In this document: in pieces, positions 59,449 through 64,000 of the stretch
How the letters are laid out: each line of letters begins with the position of its first letter
Position numbering within the stretch: position 1 is the first letter of the stretch
NCBI GenBank assembly: GCA_951406725.2
Contig: OX597835.1
Location: forward strand, 27,342,001-27,406,000
From: Octopus vulgaris
Taxonomy: Eukaryota
Direction: 5' to 3'
DNA length: 64,000 bases
Notes under the pieces: model-generated
Seen by the model: only the letters and a program-made list of their open reading frames with translations
Told to the model about the DNA's origin: nothing
Database searches by the model: none
Position numbers and translations under genes: made by a program

Positions 59449-60404
59449 CAAGGACAGACAAACGGATTAAGTCAATTACATCGACCCCAGTGCATAACTG
59501 GTACTTAATTTATCAACCCTGAAAGGATGAAAGGCAAAGTCGACCTCGGTGGAATTTGAACTCACGCATTTCGCCCGGTGTGCTAACGTTTCTGCCAGCT
59601 CGCCGCCTAACCCACGCCATTCAAACCACCTAACCCATGCCAGCATCGGAAACAGACATTAAATGATGACATGGGATGGTCATGATTTTAACACTGTTGA
59701 TCATAATCTCAGAGCAGACCTGGTATCTGAGACACTTAATTCTCAACAGATGATCTTACATTCTTTATATAGACTGTTGTTTAACTCCAGGGCAGTCCTA
59801 ATTCAGCAGGTGACTTGAGATTAAAGGGGTTCCAGCCATGACCATACCATCTGTTTTCCAGATGCAGAAAATCTACAGCTACATTATCCTGTTTTTTTTA
59901 TTAACCCTTTCGTTACTGAATTTATTTTGAGATGTTCTGTTTTTCTCTCAATTATTTTAGATATAACAAAGAATTTGGTAAAATAACTTAGTTGTCATTA
60001 AACTAGTGATAGAAACATAAATTGTGACTAAGGTTTGATGGAAGGTTTTAATTCAAAACTTATGAAAACAAGACATTTGTACAGCAGAGCCAGAGGCAGT
60101 TTCAGCCAGGTTGGTAGCGAAAGGGTTAAGGTAATAAAGTGTGATTTGAGAGAGATGAGATCTGGCTGCTATTTTAAACAGGCTGAGGAACCATCAGGAG
60201 CCTGGCTCAAGAGACAGGTGGCTGATGTAGCTAAGCCATCATCAAACTGTCAGCAGTCTGACAATGGCTTAGCTGGCTGAAACTTCAAGGTCACTGTCAA
60301 CAACATTCTGTGTAAGGATAATAAATTTGTACTCTACAAAAGTATAGAGTGATCCTTCAGATTGATATAAAATTGTTTTTATTACAGCTAAACAAAGACA
60401 AACA

Positions 60405-60441
<37 letters not shown>

Positions 60442-62215
60442 CCGTCATTGTCTAACATCTGTTTTCCATGCTGGCATGGGTTGGACACACATATATATAT
60501 ATATATGTATGTATATGCATGTATGTATATGTGTGTGTGTTTATATATATATATATATATCATCATCATTATCATCATCGTTTAACGTCCGCTTTCCATG
60601 CTAGCATGGGTTGGACGGTTTGACTGACGGCTGGTGAACCAGATGGCTGCACCAGGCTCCAGTTTTGATCTGGCAGAGTTTCTACAGGTGGATGCCCTTC
60701 CTAACGCCAACCACTCCGAGAGTGTAGTGGGTGCTTTTACGTGCCATTGGCACGGGGTCCAGTCAGGCAGTACTGGCAACGATCTCGCTTGAATCTTTTT
60801 ACACATGCCAATGGCACAGGTGTCAGTAAGGCGATGCTGGTAACAATCCCGCTCGAATGGTGCCTCTTACATGCCACCGGCATGGAAGCCAGTTAGCCAC
60901 TCTGGCAACGATCATGCTCGGATGGTGTTCTTAGCACCCTACTAGCACGGGCCACAAGTGCCAGTAAGGTGAGGCTGGTAATGATCACACTCAAATGATG
61001 CCTTTTATGTGCCACTGGCACAGAAGCCAGTTAGCCGCTCTGTCAACGATCACACTTGTATGTTGCTTGTGCCTGTCATCGAATTTCACTTTGATTTTGA
61101 TTTCGATTTATACATATATATATATCATATGATGGTTGTAAATGGGCATCACTGCTATAGAAGTGAGTTTGTTTGTTTCCATTTTGCAATGAAGAACATG
61201 TCTCGCTATGGGGAAATATCACTTTACTTGAAAACAAATGAGGGTTTGCAACAGAAAGAGCATCCAGCTGTAGAAAATCTGCCTCAACAAATTCTGTTTG
61301 ACCCATGCAAGCATGGAGAATTGGACGTTAGAACAATGATGATACATACATGTGTATTCTTTTATTCTTTCCCTTGTTTCAGTCATTTGACTGTGGCCTT
61401 GCTGGGTTGGATTTTTTTGACAGGATCTGATGAACAGCAGGGCTGTGGTGCCAAGTTCCAATGTCAGCTTTGGCATGGTTTTCTAACAGCTGGATACCGT
61501 TCCTAATGCCAACCACATTACACTATGCATTGGTTGCCGTTTTCATGTCACCAGCACTAGTGTAGGAGACTGAAGGAACTTTCAACATAGAAAAAGAACA
61601 ACGGTGGGGGGTGGGGGGTAAAGGAAAAATGAAAAAGCTCCCACTACGAAGTGTATGTATGTATGTTTGTGTATGTGTGTGTAAACGGTTAGTATTTGAA
61701 AGATGAAGGTGGATTTATACTGGCGTTGAAAGGCTGCAGTATAATAGAGAAAGGCAAGCATGAATGCCATGCCAAAGAGGAGATATATGGCAACCCTACA
61801 TTATAGGAGCGTCGTTGGATAGGAGCGTCGTTACAAAAGAACGTTGTAATTAAAGAATTATCACATTAAATATTTATTATATCACAATTTACATAATTTG
61901 CATAATTTATTCTGTACACAATGAAACTAATGTTATCATATCTGAACATTTGAAAAAAAAAAAAAGATGATGTTTTGGCACTATGTGGACATTGAAGCAG
62001 TTATGATAATTAAGTTTGCATGTTTGCATAACATTAAACTAATTAATTAATTGATTAATGTATATACATCTGCATGCATGTAAGAATTTAAGGCTGATTA
62101 GTGGAATCATTAGAACATTGGATGGAATCCCTTGCAGAGCCTGTTCTGGCTCACTGCAATCTGAGTTTAACCCTTTAACATTTACAAGGAACTGTTGAAA
62201 ATTTCCTAGCTTTAA

Positions 62216-62688
62216 CCCTTTTGTTACCAACCTGGCTGAAACCACCTCTGGCTCTGAGTACAAATATCTTGTTTTCATAAGTTTTGAATTAAAATCTTTC
62301 ACCAAACCTTAGTCACAATTTATGTTCCTAACACTAGCTCAAAGATAAATAAGTTATTTTACTAAATTCTTTGTTATATTTAAAATTAATTGAAAGAAAC
62401 ACAGAGCACCTCAACAGAAATATGGTAACAAAAGGGTTAAAATATATAATAGAGAAACAATTCTTAACCATTTTGATACCAACCCGCCTGAAACTGCCTC
62501 TGGCTCTGTGGTACAAGTGTCTTGTTTTCATAAGATTTGAATTAAAATCTTCCACCAAACCTTAGTTACAATTTATGTTCCTAACACTAGCTGAATGATG
62601 ACTAAGTTATTTTACTACATTCTTTGTTATATTTAAAGTAATTGAAAGAAACACAGAGCATCTCCAAATGAATACAGTAACAAAAAGG
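62216..62688 (-). mobile_element. Tandem dimer of piggyBac-type MITEs (inverted relative to 35985-36428)
   Basis: Copies at 62216-62436 and 62468-62688 with the same spacer in reverse complement; outer TTAA on both sides. Confidence 0.85.
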
Positions 62689-64000
62689 TTAAGGGCATCA
62701 CAAAAGGGCTGATTGGAGGCCCAACTTTCCAAGTTCTTTTACAAGGCTTAGAAAAACTGAAGGGCTGCTGCAATAAGTGTGTGAATCTGAGTGGGGAATA
62801 TGTCGAATAAAACCATAATAAACTGATCCTCCTGTATTTTCTTTTGTCCAAAGTCAGGAACTTTTCAGCATGTCATTATAAACCGGCCATACCAGGCTCA
62901 AATATTCTACCTATTTTATGTTGGAAGAAGCCAGATCTAGCCTCTCACACCTACCCTACAATGTCATTCTAAAAATAAACACTGACATCATGGAAATCTC
63001 AAAGCTATGAGATAATGGATGATTAATTCAAAAACAATGTGAACAAATAAGCATTACATTTGACAGAGAACTCTGAATGCTAAAGGGTCGAAAACAGACT
63101 GAGGTCAACTTTGTTCATCTTTTCAAGGGTCGATAAGTCTGAGATGATAGATTGACAGACTTGTTAGAGCATCGGTCAAGATAGTTTATGCCAGCTGTTT
63201 CTAGTTCTGTGCATTTTGAGTTCAAGTCCCACCTCATGCCATCCTAGCAACAGAAGAGCAACAGTTCTGCAATTGAAAACTAATGGAAACATCGTTAACT
63301 TGTTTTGATTAGAAGATCAACAGTGCCCACATCACACCATAGCACATGTATACCACACTTACACATGTATAAATTGTATTATTTCATATTTGAATTTAAC
63401 CGAAAAAAAAACAAAAAAATTTTTTTTAATAACTTAAAAAAACTTGAGAATAAAATGTTCATGACCTGAAGCATTTAGTTCAGTGCTGTACCATCTTCAT
63501 CCTAAATATCCATCGATTCCAACTGTAGTCAACCTTTATTGAATAATTGTAAAATATCCTTTAGGGCTAGATGGATATTCTTGGTGTTAAAAGCTGAGAA
63601 AGAAATCTCCTTCGGAAGAGGAGATTTCTTTCTATCACAGGTCAAATTCAAAGAATATTTGTTAACTAACTATTTTCTTATGATATTTCTGTTGAAATGC
63701 ACCGCTTTTGTGACAATTTTGTAAATAATGAAGAACCAGCTGGAGGAGACTCTTCCTGGGGTTAAAAAATGGTAGTAATGTCAAAGAGCCATGTTGAAGT
63801 GGTGACAAACATTACTTCTCGGTATAGCTGCTACTTTCATTTCTTATAGAGACTTTCTAACTAGCTACTTTGCTTGTTGTAAATAACTTAAATTATTAAA
63901 TTGTTGTAAAATAACTCATTATTGAATTATTAAGCTAGTGTTTGGAACATTAATTAACCCTTTCGTTACCAAATGTCTTGTTTCCATAAGTTTTGAATTA

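Overview
AT-rich, repeat-dense eukaryotic genomic DNA. The SINE, MITE and microsatellite landscape resembles an octopod cephalopod genome (inference, not verified). Two intron-containing genes can be fully reconstructed, both largely invisible in the ORF track. (1) + strand INPP5E-type inositol polyphosphate 5-phosphatase: 11 coding exons from 6591 to 30067, 790 aa, with a long S/T/Q-rich N-terminus, an intact catalytic domain, an FNREVYI ciliary-targeting-like motif and a C-terminal CaaX (CAIQ). (2) - strand mitochondrial ATP synthase subunit epsilon (ATP5F1E): 3 coding exons from 41321 down to 34693, 61 aa. The two genes are convergent. The rest is SINEs, LINE fragments (RTE, CR1, R4/Dong-like), Tc1/mariner remnants, piggyBac-, hAT- and Merlin-type MITEs, a solo LTR and (TA/CA)n arrays. 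The most unusual structures are an 80-bp-arm palindrome with a minimal hammerhead-ribozyme fold on both strands (47.0-47.15 kb), two long foldback transposon derivatives, a piggyBac-MITE dimer that recurs as a unit, repair-type templated insertions, and a dispersed element carrying arrays of a putative pseudoknot motif.
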